DNA of 64,000 nucleotides from contig JAJZYB010000002.1 in the NCBI GenBank assembly GCA_021806135.1, forward strand, positions 18,393 to 82,392. The letters are read 5' to 3'. Below, piece after piece: positions 55,631-64,000 of this stretch. A program made the translations under genes and the position numbers. The stretch is from Thermoplasmata archaeon. GTDB taxonomy: Archaea > Thermoplasmatota > Thermoplasmata > Lutacidiplasmatales > UBA184. Position 1 is the first letter of the stretch, and the number at the start of each line of letters is the position of its first letter. The notes beneath the pieces are model-generated. The model had not been told where the DNA came from and did no database searches. It worked only from the letters and a program-made list of their open reading frames with translations.

Positions 55631-57270
55631 GCGTGCCGCTCGTCCACCGGGGCTTCCCGGGCGTTGAGCACCTGGTCGGCCCGGACCCAGTGGCGGGCTC
55701 CCACCCCGGCCACGAGTTCGAGTCGGCGAAGCTCCTCCGGCAGCCGCGGGCGTGCGCTCAAGAGGAAGGTGGCGCCTCCTTCGGCGAGGGCCCTTGCCCC
55801 GGGGGGGAGGTAGACCTCCCGGTGCCCCACGGCCAGTTCCACGGCTGGGCCCCCTGTCCGACCCGCCGGCGGGAAGGGTCCATCCTCGGGGTGGACGAGC
55901 AGATCGGGCTTGGGCCCGCCGACCCCCGGGCCAGGGGACGGGGGCGCGGTCCCCCCGGGCCCTCCCGACCGGGCGAACCACAGGTCGGCCCCGGTCCGCT
56001 CCGCCCCCGGCCCCTTCTCTGGGCCGCGGAGGGAGGTCTCCAGCGCGAGGAGGATCCGGACCCCTCCCACCACCCCCGGCAGGCGCCGGCGGAGCTCCTC
56101 CAACCGGATCGCGCTCGCGGCCAGGTCCTCGGGCCGGAAGACGAACCCCAGGTACCGGAGCTTCTGGCCCCGGGCCTGCCGGACCCAGGGGTCGAGGTCC
56201 TCCTTCCCGAGGGAGGCGGGGGCATGGATGTGGAGCTCCCCCCGGAGGTCCCCAGGGAGGACCGTCCGGGGGAGGCGTCCTTCAAGGGCGGCTTCGAACT
56301 CCCCCTGGTTCTCGCGGATCTCCGGCGGGATCCAGGGGAACCCGACCGCGGCGTAGACCGCCTCCTCGGTGGGAGCCACGGTCCGTTCCTCCCCCCGGTA
56401 GAGCCCGTACTCGTTGATCCTCCAACCCTTCTGCTGGGCGAGTGTCCGGAGCCGGATGTTGTGGTCCTTCGAGCCGGTGAAATACTGCCAGGCGGCTCCG
56501 AAAGCCTCCGGGGCGACTACCCGGAGGTCCACCTGCAGCCCCCCGTCCAGGACCACCGTGGTCTTCGTCTCCCCCGAGAGCCGTACCTCACGGACCGGGG
56601 GGAGGTGGAGGAAGGCCTCCATCACCGACCGGGGGTCTCCCCGGGTGGTGGCGAGGAGGTCCAGGTCGCCCACGTCCTCGCGCCGCCGGCGGAGGCTTCC
56701 GGCGTAGACGAGCCGGTCCACGGGGACCCCGCTGGCCCGGAAGGCGGCCATGAGCTCGTCGGCCATGCGCTGGGCCTCGGGCAGCGGGATCCGCCTCCCA
56801 CCACCGGAAGGGAAGCCTGCGGTGCCCGCCTGGGACAGGGCCCGGCGGAGGAGCTCCACCTTCCGGGCCTTGAACCCGGCCAGGTGGTCGAGCTGGCCGG
56901 CCTCCAGCGCGGCCTTGAGGCCCGCGATATCGGCGATCCCCAGCTCCTGGTGGAAGCGACGGGTGGTCTTTGGCCCCACCCCCTCCAGGCGCATGATCTC
57001 GAGGAGCCCCGGGGGCCACTTCTCCCGGAGCCGGTCCAGATAGGGGACCTTCCCGGTCTCGCGATACTCCTCGATCTTCAAGGAGAGGGCTTCCCCGATG
57101 CCCGGGAGGGCCCGGATCGCCTGAGGATCCTTGAGGGTACGGACCTCCGAGGGGAGCTGCTCGAGGGTCCGGGCGGCCCGGCGATAGGCCTCCGGCTTGA
57201 ACCGGACCCCCTCCAGGTCGAGGAGGTCGGCGATCTCGTAGAAGATCCGGACGATCTCCTCGTTGGCCAT
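55627..57270 (-). CDS. family X DNA polymerase (PolX) with a degenerate C-terminal PHP-like domain
   Basis: 'MANEEIVRIFYEIADLLDLEGVRFKPEAYRRAARTL', HhH 'LPGIGEALSLKI' and 'LEGVGPKTTRRF', catalytic 'GSLRRRREDVGDLDLL' and 'VDLRVV', plus 'YFTGSKDHNIRLR'. ATG at 57270 within ORF 55627..57711. Confidence 0.88.
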   Translation of the reverse strand: MANEEIVRIFYEIADLLDLEGVRFKPEAYRRAARTLEQLPSEVRTLKDPQAIRALPGIGEALSLKIEEYRETGKVPYLDRLREKWPPGLLEIMRLEGVGPKTTRRFHQELGIADIAGLKAALEAGQLDHLAGFKARKVELLRRALSQAGTAGFPSGGGRRIPLPEAQRMADELMAAFRASGVPVDRLVYAGSLRRRREDVGDLDLLATTRGDPRSVMEAFLHLPPVREVRLSGETKTTVVLDGGLQVDLRVVAPEAFGAAWQYFTGSKDHNIRLRTLAQQKGWRINEYGLYRGEERTVAPTEEAVYAAVGFPWIPPEIRENQGEFEAALEGRLPRTVLPGDLRGELHIHAPASLGKEDLDPWVRQARGQKLRYLGFVFRPEDLAASAIRLEELRRRLPGVVGGVRILLALETSLRGPEKGPGAERTGADLWFARSGGPGGTAPPSPGPGVGGPKPDLLVHPEDGPFPPAGRTGGPAVELAVGHREVYLPPGARALAEGGATFLLSARPRLPEELRRLELVAGVGARHWVRADQVLNAREAPVDERHA

Positions 57271-57381
57271 GCCCGTGCCCAGCCTCCCCGGGGGGATAGT
57301 CCCTCCCACGCCTTCTTCCCTTCGGGGTAGCGAGAGGTCAAGAACCGCGCCCGGCTGCCCGGGAGGCGGAAGGTCAGACCG

Positions 57382-57705
57382 ATGGAGGAGCTGGGAGCGG
57401 TGGACTTCGAGAGCGGCCGTCTGACCCGCCCGGGGACCTGGGCCGTGGGGTTCCTGGCCTCCTGGTGCCCCTTCTGCCGGGCCTTCCGCCCGAAGTTCGA
57501 AAAGCTCTCCGCCGGCCCTGCGGTCCACCTGGCGGTGGCCGACGTGAGCGACGAGGACAGCCCCCTCTGGGACTCCCTCAAGGTGGAGGTGGTCCCCACC
57601 CTGGTGGTCTTCCGGGAGGGGAGGCCCACCTGGCGACGCGACGGCCGCGCGGGGGAAGGGCTCGACGAGCGCGACCTGAGAGCGCTGGCCTCGGTCGTGG
57701 GCTGA
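57382..57705 (+). CDS. thioredoxin-fold protein
   Basis: 107 aa with the redox motif 'FLASWCPFCRAF' and 'VPTLVVF' (cis-Pro loop context). Confidence 0.75.
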   Translation: MEELGAVDFESGRLTRPGTWAVGFLASWCPFCRAFRPKFEKLSAGPAVHLAVADVSDEDSPLWDSLKVEVVPTLVVFREGRPTWRRDGRAGEGLDERDLRALASVVG

Positions 57706-57718
57706 CGCCACGGGCGGG

Positions 57719-59545
57719 CTAGGGCGGGTGCCGGGGCCCGGGGTCGCCCTTCCGGTGGGCGCCCGGCCGAAGGCGGGCCAACTCCTCCCATGGGGTCTTA
57801 AGCCAGTCCTCCGCGATCTGGCGTTCGCCGGGCAGCGCGTCCGGGGCCGCCACCACCGTCCACTTCTCCGGCGGGGCCCTCCCCAGGGTCACCGGAAGCT
57901 CCCGGAGCCTTCCCCGGCGGAAGAAGGAGACGGAAACGGTCTCCCCTGGAGCGTAGCGGGAGAGCCCGTCCTTGACCCCTTCGTAGGTGAGCCGGTTCCC
58001 GTCGAGGGCCACCAACTCATCGCCGGGGGTGAGTCCGGCCCGGGCGCCAGGGCCCCCTTCCAGGGCCACGGTGACCTGGGCCCGGTCCCCCTGACCTTTG
58101 AGCTCGAGTCCGAGGTGACCGGCAGGCTCGGCGGGCTCCTCCCCGTCACCGGGGGGGCTCTCCCGGGGCTCTAGCCTGAGCCCGGCGTAGCGGAAGAAGC
58201 GGGGGAGTTCGAGCTCCTCCGTCCCCCCCACGTAACGGGAAAAGAACTCCCCCACCGGGACGCCCGTGGCGGCCTCCACCTCTCCCGGGTAGGCTCCCTC
58301 CGGGATGCTGCGCTCCCGCTGGCCGTACTCCTGCCAGAGCCGTCGCAGCACGTGGTCCAGCGACCGGGCATTGGCGGTCTCGTGCCGGAGATGGAGGTCC
58401 AGGGCCAGGGAGACCAGCGCGCCCTTGAGGTAGTAGTTCACCGACTGGTTCCGGGTCTCCTCGAAGGGCCGGTAGTGGTCGATCCAGGTGTCGAAGCTGG
58501 CCTCCTCCAGGCTCTGGTGGGCCCGCCCCGGGGTCTCCAGGTGGCGCTTCACCTGCTCCCCCAGCCGGGCGAGGTAGCGTGCCGGGGTGAACAGCCCCGC
58601 CCGCCGGAGCAGCAGCCCGGCGTAGTAGTCCGTGGTCCCTTCCATGGCCCAGAGCAGGCGGGTGTAGTTCTCCCGGTTGTAGTCGAAGGGTCCCAGGGCC
58701 GCCGGGTGGATGCGCTTCACGTTGAAGAGATGGAAGTACTCATGGCAGGTCAGCGCCAGGAACCGCTCGTAGGCGCTCCGGGGCCGGAACCCCCATCGGG
58801 GCAGGACGATGGAGGTGCTGTTCCGGTGCTCCAGCCCCCCCCGGAGGCTCTCCCCCAGGTGGTAGAAGAACGTGTAGTGGCGCAGGGGGAGCTCCCCGAA
58901 GAGCTGGTAGGTGGCCGAGACGATCCGGGAGAGGTCCTCCTTCAGGCGGTCCGGCGCGTAGTTCCCGCCCTCGCCGCACAGGAGCGCGCGGTGAGCGACC
59001 CCTTCCACCTGGAACGTGAGCTCGGCGCCGGTCCCCGCATCGATAGGGCTGTCCACCAGCTCATCGTAGTCCCGCGCCCGGAAGCGCCAGGGGTCCCTTC
59101 CCACCTCCTCCAGTTCGCAGGTGACTCTCCAACCGGCTGGGGCCTCCACGGTGAGCTCGAGCGGGAGCGCCTGGGTGCCCTCCACGGCGCAGAAGAGCGC
59201 CGCCCCGTTCCCGTAGAGATGTTCCGGGGTGACGTCCACGTCGTGGCAGGAGAGATCGTGCCCGAAGACGCGGTAGGAGACGGTGAAGGGGCTCTCCCCC
59301 GCCTCCCGTTCGATCCGCCAGCGGTTCTTGGCCACCTTCCGGACCGGCAGGGGCGTCCCGGACGGGGTTACGACACGCAGGTCGCGGAGGTTGCGGGAGA
59401 ACTCGCGGACCAGGTAGGAGCCCGGCGTCCAGACCGGTAGGACGAGTTCCGGGTCCCTGGGAAGGGGGACTCCGCTCACCTCCAGCGTCACCCGGAGGCG
59501 ATGGCGCACCGGGTCCTCGGGGTGGATCCCGTACCGCAGCATCAT
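57719..59545 (-). CDS. M61 glycyl aminopeptidase-family metallopeptidase with C-terminal PDZ domain
   Basis: 'GGLEHRNSTSIV', the zinc site 'LTCHEYFHLFNVKRIHP' and the PDZ 'GLELKGQGDRAQVTVALEGGPGARAGLTPGDELVALDG'. The start is taken at Met 8 (59545). Confidence 0.85.
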   Translation of the reverse strand: MMLRYGIHPEDPVRHRLRVTLEVSGVPLPRDPELVLPVWTPGSYLVREFSRNLRDLRVVTPSGTPLPVRKVAKNRWRIEREAGESPFTVSYRVFGHDLSCHDVDVTPEHLYGNGAALFCAVEGTQALPLELTVEAPAGWRVTCELEEVGRDPWRFRARDYDELVDSPIDAGTGAELTFQVEGVAHRALLCGEGGNYAPDRLKEDLSRIVSATYQLFGELPLRHYTFFYHLGESLRGGLEHRNSTSIVLPRWGFRPRSAYERFLALTCHEYFHLFNVKRIHPAALGPFDYNRENYTRLLWAMEGTTDYYAGLLLRRAGLFTPARYLARLGEQVKRHLETPGRAHQSLEEASFDTWIDHYRPFEETRNQSVNYYLKGALVSLALDLHLRHETANARSLDHVLRRLWQEYGQRERSIPEGAYPGEVEAATGVPVGEFFSRYVGGTEELELPRFFRYAGLRLEPRESPPGDGEEPAEPAGHLGLELKGQGDRAQVTVALEGGPGARAGLTPGDELVALDGNRLTYEGVKDGLSRYAPGETVSVSFFRRGRLRELPVTLGRAPPEKWTVVAAPDALPGERQIAEDWLKTPWEELARLRPGAHRKGDPGPRHPP

Positions 59546-59730
59546 GGGAGCCCTTGGGCCAACCACGCTCCCAGTGGCATAAACTTCTCCGAGGGGAGGG
59601 GCCCACCGGTGGCTCCCCCCCGGCCCGGTACGGCCGGCTCCGGTCCGGGTGGGAAGGCCCGGTAGCCGGCAGGTTTGTGTAGCGGCATCCGTTCCCGGAG
59701 CCGGGTGATCCGCTGACGAACGTCTCCTAC

Positions 59731-61101
59731 ATGCTCCTCGCGCTGGGCGGCGCCCTGGTGGCGGCGTTCCTCGCGGACGTCCTCGCCCGGCGCAGCGGGC
59801 TGCCGGACGTGGTCATCCTCATCGCCCTGGGCCTCCTCTTGGGCCCGGTCCTCCACATCACCACGGAGGGCGTCCTGTTGAGCGTGGCCCCCTACGTGGG
59901 GCTGGCCGCCCTGGCCCTGATCCTCTTCGACGCCGGGCTCGACCTGAGGCGGCACGAGCTCGGGGGGCAGACCGGCGCGGCCGTCGCCCTCGCCGCCCTC
60001 TCGGTGACGGTCTCCTTCCTCGCGATCTTTCCTCTGGCGTACTTCTTCCTGGTGGGGCGCTCCGTGCCGTTGGCCCTCCTCTTCGCCGGGGCCCTAAGCT
60101 GCACATCCTCGGCGGTGGTGGTCCCCATCGCCGCCCGGATGCGCCTTCCGGCCGGTGCCCGGGGCGCGGTGAACGTGAGCTCCGCGCTGGAGGACACCTT
60201 CGCGATCATCCTGGTCACCACGCTGTTGCTGTTCTACTCCCCGGGGCACAACGGCATCCTGCTGGTGCTCTCCACCGTCCTCCAGATCCCCCTGGGGCTG
60301 GCGGGAGGATTCCTGGCCGGGCTGCTCTGGATCGTGGTGGCCCGGCGCTACCAGAAGCTCCCTTTCTTCTCCATGGCCACGGTGGGCTTCCTCCTCCTGC
60401 TGGCCGGGCTGGTGGACGCCCTGGGCGGTTCGGGCATCCTCGCCGCGTTGGTCTTCGGGGTGACCCTGGGGAACGCGCGGTCCCTGGAGAAGACCTTCCA
60501 CATCCAGGGAGCGTTGAACCTGTTGCCCACCGTCCGTCAGTTCCAGACCGAGGTGGCCTTCCTCCTCCGGGCCTTCTTCCTCCTCCTTTTGGGGATGCTC
60601 TTCGAGCTCGGCCCGAACGAGCTGGAGGTCCTCACGCTGGGAGCCGCCATGGGGGGCGTGCTCATCGGCATGCGCTACCTGACCGTGGCCACCGCCGTGG
60701 AGCGCGGGCTCTTCCCCGCGTCGTGGGGGTCCCCGCTCTCCTCCCTCGGGACCCGCGGGCTGACCTCGGCGGTGCTGGTGGTCCTCCCGGTCACCTATGG
60801 GCTGGTCCCGTCGGCCCAGTCCTTCCTCGACCCCACCCTGGTCGTGGTCCTCGTCTTCACGGCCTACACGGCCGTGGGCGTCCTGCTCTACCAGCGGCGC
60901 ACGTCCGTTCCCGGGGCCCGCGAACCTCCCGGGCCGGCCCCCCGGGGAGGCCTCCCGACCCCCACCACCGAGCAATGGGAGAGCATGTGGGGGTTCGTCT
61001 CCAGCAACGTCTCCTCCACGCCTTCCGGACCGGGAGGCGGGGACGCGTCCCCCCCGGAGCCGGCCCCCCCTTCCTCCCCGGGGCCGCCGCCGCTCCCCTG
61101 A
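59731..61101 (+). CDS. cation:proton antiporter (Na+/H+ exchanger family)
   Basis: 456 aa with about 11-12 TM helices. It begins 'LADVLARRSGLPDVVILIALGLLLGP' and has 'SALEDTFAIILV'. Proline-rich C-terminal tail. Confidence 0.85.
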   Translation: MLLALGGALVAAFLADVLARRSGLPDVVILIALGLLLGPVLHITTEGVLLSVAPYVGLAALALILFDAGLDLRRHELGGQTGAAVALAALSVTVSFLAIFPLAYFFLVGRSVPLALLFAGALSCTSSAVVVPIAARMRLPAGARGAVNVSSALEDTFAIILVTTLLLFYSPGHNGILLVLSTVLQIPLGLAGGFLAGLLWIVVARRYQKLPFFSMATVGFLLLLAGLVDALGGSGILAALVFGVTLGNARSLEKTFHIQGALNLLPTVRQFQTEVAFLLRAFFLLLLGMLFELGPNELEVLTLGAAMGGVLIGMRYLTVATAVERGLFPASWGSPLSSLGTRGLTSAVLVVLPVTYGLVPSAQSFLDPTLVVVLVFTAYTAVGVLLYQRRTSVPGAREPPGPAPRGGLPTPTTEQWESMWGFVSSNVSSTPSGPGGGDASPPEPAPPSSPGPPPLP

Positions 61102-61118
61102 GGGATCAGGGGCACCCC

Positions 61119-61949
61119 TCAGGGGGTCTGGCCGGATCCGGCGTCCATCCAGAGCAGGGAGTGATGGCGCCGGAACCCGAGCCTCGAGTACAGCGATCGG
61201 GCCGGAGCGTTGTCCGCACGGACGTAGAGCGCGCTGTCCGCACCCACGCGCTGGGCCGAGGCGATCAGCGACTGGGTGGCGGCCCGGCCGAATCCCCTTC
61301 CGCGATGCCCCGGGTCGGTGAAGATTCCTCCCAGGACCCAGAGGCCCGGGAGCTCCACCAAGGTCCGTGCCACCGCCACCGGGGCGACCCGGGGGCCGGG
61401 GAGGAAGGCTCCCACCAGCCGGGGGCCCCCCGGGGAAGCGGGGCCCACCAGGGACTCGGGGGGAAGGTTGGAGGTCCAGGCGGGAAGCGCCCTCAGAGCC
61501 TCCCTCTCCTCGGGGCCGACCTCCCGGACCCGTACCCCCGGGTCCGGAGGGGGGAGGGGATGGTGCGAAGGGCGGACGAGCACCTCCAAGGGGTAGGTCC
61601 GGACGGGGCCCCGATGGCGCTGGACGAGGGGCTCCACCTCCGGGGGGGCGTTCAACACGAACGGGCGGGGAGGGAGCGCATCCGCGAGGAGGTCGCTCAC
61701 CACGGCCGCCCCCGACCAGTGCACCTCTGGCACCGCCGGGTCCCCGAGCCAGATCAGCAGGTACGCGACGAGGCGGGGTCCCTCCCGGAGGAGGTGGAAG
61801 CGCACCCGGTCCGGATAGCGCTCCTGGTCGTAGAGCGCGAAGGCGTGGTCGATGGGGTTCCCGGGGAGGAGGGGGATGAGTTCTTCGGGAGGGAGGCGGC
61901 GCGTGGCCTCCAGGGTGAAGGGGGCACCGGAGCGAGGACTGGCCGTCAA
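61119..61949 (-). CDS. GNAT-family acetyltransferase (two-domain)
   Basis: The C-terminal domain carries 'LGGIFTDPGHRGRGFGRAATQSLIASAQ' (motif A) and 'NAPARSLYSRLGF'. Confidence 0.75.
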   Translation of the reverse strand: MTASPRSGAPFTLEATRRLPPEELIPLLPGNPIDHAFALYDQERYPDRVRFHLLREGPRLVAYLLIWLGDPAVPEVHWSGAAVVSDLLADALPPRPFVLNAPPEVEPLVQRHRGPVRTYPLEVLVRPSHHPLPPPDPGVRVREVGPEEREALRALPAWTSNLPPESLVGPASPGGPRLVGAFLPGPRVAPVAVARTLVELPGLWVLGGIFTDPGHRGRGFGRAATQSLIASAQRVGADSALYVRADNAPARSLYSRLGFRRHHSLLWMDAGSGQTP

Positions 61950-62024
61950 GGGGACCTACGGACCGGGGAGGAGCCCCCCGGGCGCTTACGTTTGTCGGGG
62001 AAGGTGGGTTAAGGGGGGCGGTGC

Positions 62025-62966
62025 TTGCCCTCCCCTGTGCCGAGGGGTCCCGCGCCCACCCTGGGAGAGGACCTCCGGGCGCTGGAGCGGGATTTCCCCT
62101 ACCCCCGTTCCCTCCCCACGGACCCCCTGGCCCAGGTCCAGCGCTACCGTCGGGATGCGCGATCGGCCGAGATCGTCGGGGTGCTCGCCTCCACCGTGGC
62201 GGTGGGACACGTGAAGACCATCCAGCAGGACCTGGCGTCCCTCCTCGCCCGGGTGGGCCCCGATCCCCGGGGCCTGGTGGAGGCCTTCCCCCGGCGGATG
62301 TGGAGGACGTTCTTCCACCCCTGGCGGCACCGTTGGATACGGGCCGACCAGATGGGGATGCTCCTCCTCCGGTTGGGGGAGGCGTACGAGAACTACCCCG
62401 GTGGGCTCGAGGAGGCGTTCCGGGAGGGGGCGGAAGGATCCGATCCCACGGAGCGCTTCGCCGGAGGGATCGATGCGCTCTCCCGGGTGCTGCGGTACGG
62501 TTCCCTCCGGGAGACCTCCAGCCTCTACGAGCCTCCGCCCGGGTACACCGCGCTCTTCCCTTCCCCTCGGGCCCCGGGACGGCCGGCCTGCAAGCGGGAG
62601 CTCCTCTTCGTCCGCTGGATGGTCCGGCGGGAGGCCCCCGACCTGGGGCTCTGGAGGGGCGTGGATCCCGCGGAGCTCCACATCCCGTTGGACACGCACG
62701 TCTACTGGATCGCCCGGCACCTCCGGCTGACCGCCCGCCGGACCCGGAACTGGCCCACGGTGGTGGAGATCACCGAAGGGCTCCGCCGTCTCGATCCCTC
62801 CGACCCCATCCGGTTCGACTTCGTCCTGGCCCACACGGGGATCTCCGGCGATTGTCCGAAGCAGCGGGACTGGGAGATCTGCGGGCGCTGCCGGGTGCGG
62901 CCGGACTGCGACCTCTGGCGGGGGCGCCCGGGCGGGGCCGGGGGAGCGGGACCCCTCCGGGCCTAG
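62025..62966 (+). CDS. DUF2400/TIGR02757-like protein (HhH-GPD-related, Cys-cluster)
   Basis: 'CKRELLFVRWMVRRE..DLGLW', 'LHIPLDTHVYWIARHL' and the C-terminal 'CPKQRDWEICGRCRVRPDC' (C-x8-C-x2-C-x5-C). Confidence 0.65.
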   Translation: MPSPVPRGPAPTLGEDLRALERDFPYPRSLPTDPLAQVQRYRRDARSAEIVGVLASTVAVGHVKTIQQDLASLLARVGPDPRGLVEAFPRRMWRTFFHPWRHRWIRADQMGMLLLRLGEAYENYPGGLEEAFREGAEGSDPTERFAGGIDALSRVLRYGSLRETSSLYEPPPGYTALFPSPRAPGRPACKRELLFVRWMVRREAPDLGLWRGVDPAELHIPLDTHVYWIARHLRLTARRTRNWPTVVEITEGLRRLDPSDPIRFDFVLAHTGISGDCPKQRDWEICGRCRVRPDCDLWRGRPGGAGGAGPLRA

Positions 62967-64000
62967 GAGCAGCCGCTGGTGGCCCCGCACTGGGTGCAGG
63001 CGTAACAGGTCCCGGAGCGGATCATGATCCCCCCGCAGATCGGGCAGAGGGGAGCATCCTCCGAACGGTCGACCGGCCCCTCCGCGCTGAACGCCTCCAG
63101 GGGCTTTCCCTTGTAGCTCACGGCCACCGAGGTCGTGACGGGGGCGGAGGGGACGTTCGCGGTCCCGTGGGCCTCCTCCGTGGTCTCGAGGCCGATGCTC
63201 CGGCGTTCCGACGGGGTGAGGAACCGGAGCGCCAGCCAACGGGCCACGTAGTCCGGGATGCTCCGGGCGAACCGGACGTCCGGGTTGTTCGTCGCTCCCG
63301 CCGGTTCGAAGCGCATGTGGGCGAGCTTGCGGACCAGGTCCTTCAGTGGCACGCCGTGCTGGAGGGCCATGCTCATGGAGATGCCCAGGGCGTCCATGAG
63401 GCCGTTCACGGTGGAGCCCTCCTTGGTGACCCGGAAGAAGATCTCCCCGGGCCGTCCATCCGGGTAGAGTCCCACCGTGACGTACCCGTCGTGGCCCCCG
63501 ACGCTGAAGTGGTGGGTCATGGCCTCCCGGACATCGGGAAGGCGCTGCCGGGCCACCGGCGCGGTGAGCGCCTCCCGGGAGGAGTGGGCCGTCTCGTACG
63601 GCTGGCTCGCCTTGCACCCGTCCCGGTAGATGGAGACGCACTTGCAACCGAGCTTCCAGGCCTCCCGGTAGATCCGCTCCACGTCCTCCACGGTGGCGCT
63701 CTCCGGGAGGTTGATGGTCTTGGAAGCGCTGCCGGAGAGGAACGGCTGCACGGCGGCGAGCATCTTCAGGTGCCCCAACGGGGCGATGGTCCGGCCCTTG
63801 GGCACCATGGCGAGGGCGGTGTCGAAGATGGCCAGGTGCTCGGGTTTCAGGAGGGGGGCGCCCTCGGCGGTACCCTTCTCCTGGATGTGGTCGGTGATCG
63901 CCTTCAACGCCTCCGGGGCATATCCCAGCCCCTGGAGGGCCTCCCGGGCCGTGGCGTTGACCATCCGGATGGTCCCTCCCCCCACCAGGTTCTTCATCTT
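62963..64000 (-). CDS. nrdJ: class II (adenosylcobalamin-dependent) ribonucleotide reductase, C-terminal part; 5' end lies beyond the window
   Basis: 'SGSASKTINLPESATVEDVERIYREAWKLGCKCVSIYRDGCKASQP', 'GGHDGYVTVGLYPDGRPGEIFFRVTKEGSTVNG' and the C-terminal zinc ribbon 'CPICGGIMIRSGTCYACTQCG'. The frame stays open to the window edge. Confidence 0.9.
   Translation of the reverse strand, partial: KMKNLVGGGTIRMVNATAREALQGLGYAPEALKAITDHIQEKGTAEGAPLLKPEHLAIFDTALAMVPKGRTIAPLGHLKMLAAVQPFLSGSASKTINLPESATVEDVERIYREAWKLGCKCVSIYRDGCKASQPYETAHSSREALTAPVARQRLPDVREAMTHHFSVGGHDGYVTVGLYPDGRPGEIFFRVTKEGSTVNGLMDALGISMSMALQHGVPLKDLVRKLAHMRFEPAGATNNPDVRFARSIPDYVARWLALRFLTPSERRSIGLETTEEAHGTANVPSAPVTTSVAVSYKGKPLEAFSAEGPVDRSEDAPLCPICGGIMIRSGTCYACTQCGATSGCS

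Noticed and set aside
1-64000. CRISPR arrays, IS elements or transposases, integrases, prophage genes, rRNA genes and inteins in polD, radA or nrdJ.
   Set aside because: There are no regularly spaced direct repeats, no recognisable transposase or integrase motifs in any frame, and no rRNA-like segments. The three usual intein hosts have uninterrupted conserved motifs at normal lengths.

Overview
High-G+C archaeal chromosomal segment, analysed by hand only. It carries about 50 tightly packed protein genes on both strands. Many gene pairs have 4-nt ATGA/GTGA start-stop overlaps. Several TATA-like boxes sit ~25-30 nt upstream of start codons, which suggests leaderless mRNAs. Archaeal identity rests on the DNA polymerase D large subunit, RadA, FtsZ, PurP, a Pop5-like ORF and an RNase P RNA candidate. 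A tricorn-factor-like M1 peptidase, a sulfocyanin-type cupredoxin and PolX hint at a Thermoplasmatota-like euryarchaeon (inference). Gene content is mostly housekeeping: purine synthesis (purC, purH, purP), NAD synthesis (nadC, nadA), DNA replication and repair (polD, radA, mutY-like, PolX, class II RNR), division (ftsZ), peptidases (S53, S9, M1, M61), transporters and small regulators. I saw no rRNA, CRISPR array, transposase, integrase or recognisable defence island. The most notable observations are: (1) a tRNA-Arg(UCG) whose 3' T-stem and acceptor strand are displaced by a 32-nt insert (non-canonical intron) and whose 5' end overlaps the PolD stop; (2) an RNase P RNA candidate in a 600-nt gene-free gap; (3) a 1616-aa membrane-anchored sedolisin carrying its own heptad coiled-coil stalk; (4) an effector-less STAND/AAA_16-TPR NTPase translationally coupled to nadC-nadA; (5) a five-gene overlapping operon joining a xanthine-dehydrogenase-family molybdoenzyme to purP and gcvT; (6) two large genes each broken by a 1-nt deletion in a C/G homopolymer, probably sequence error; (7) a Pop5-like ORF with no canonical start codon upstream of its conserved N-terminal motif; (8) a MutY-type glycosylase fused to a domain with a complete MutT-type Nudix box. 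No single clearly novel multi-gene system could be demonstrated from sequence alone.
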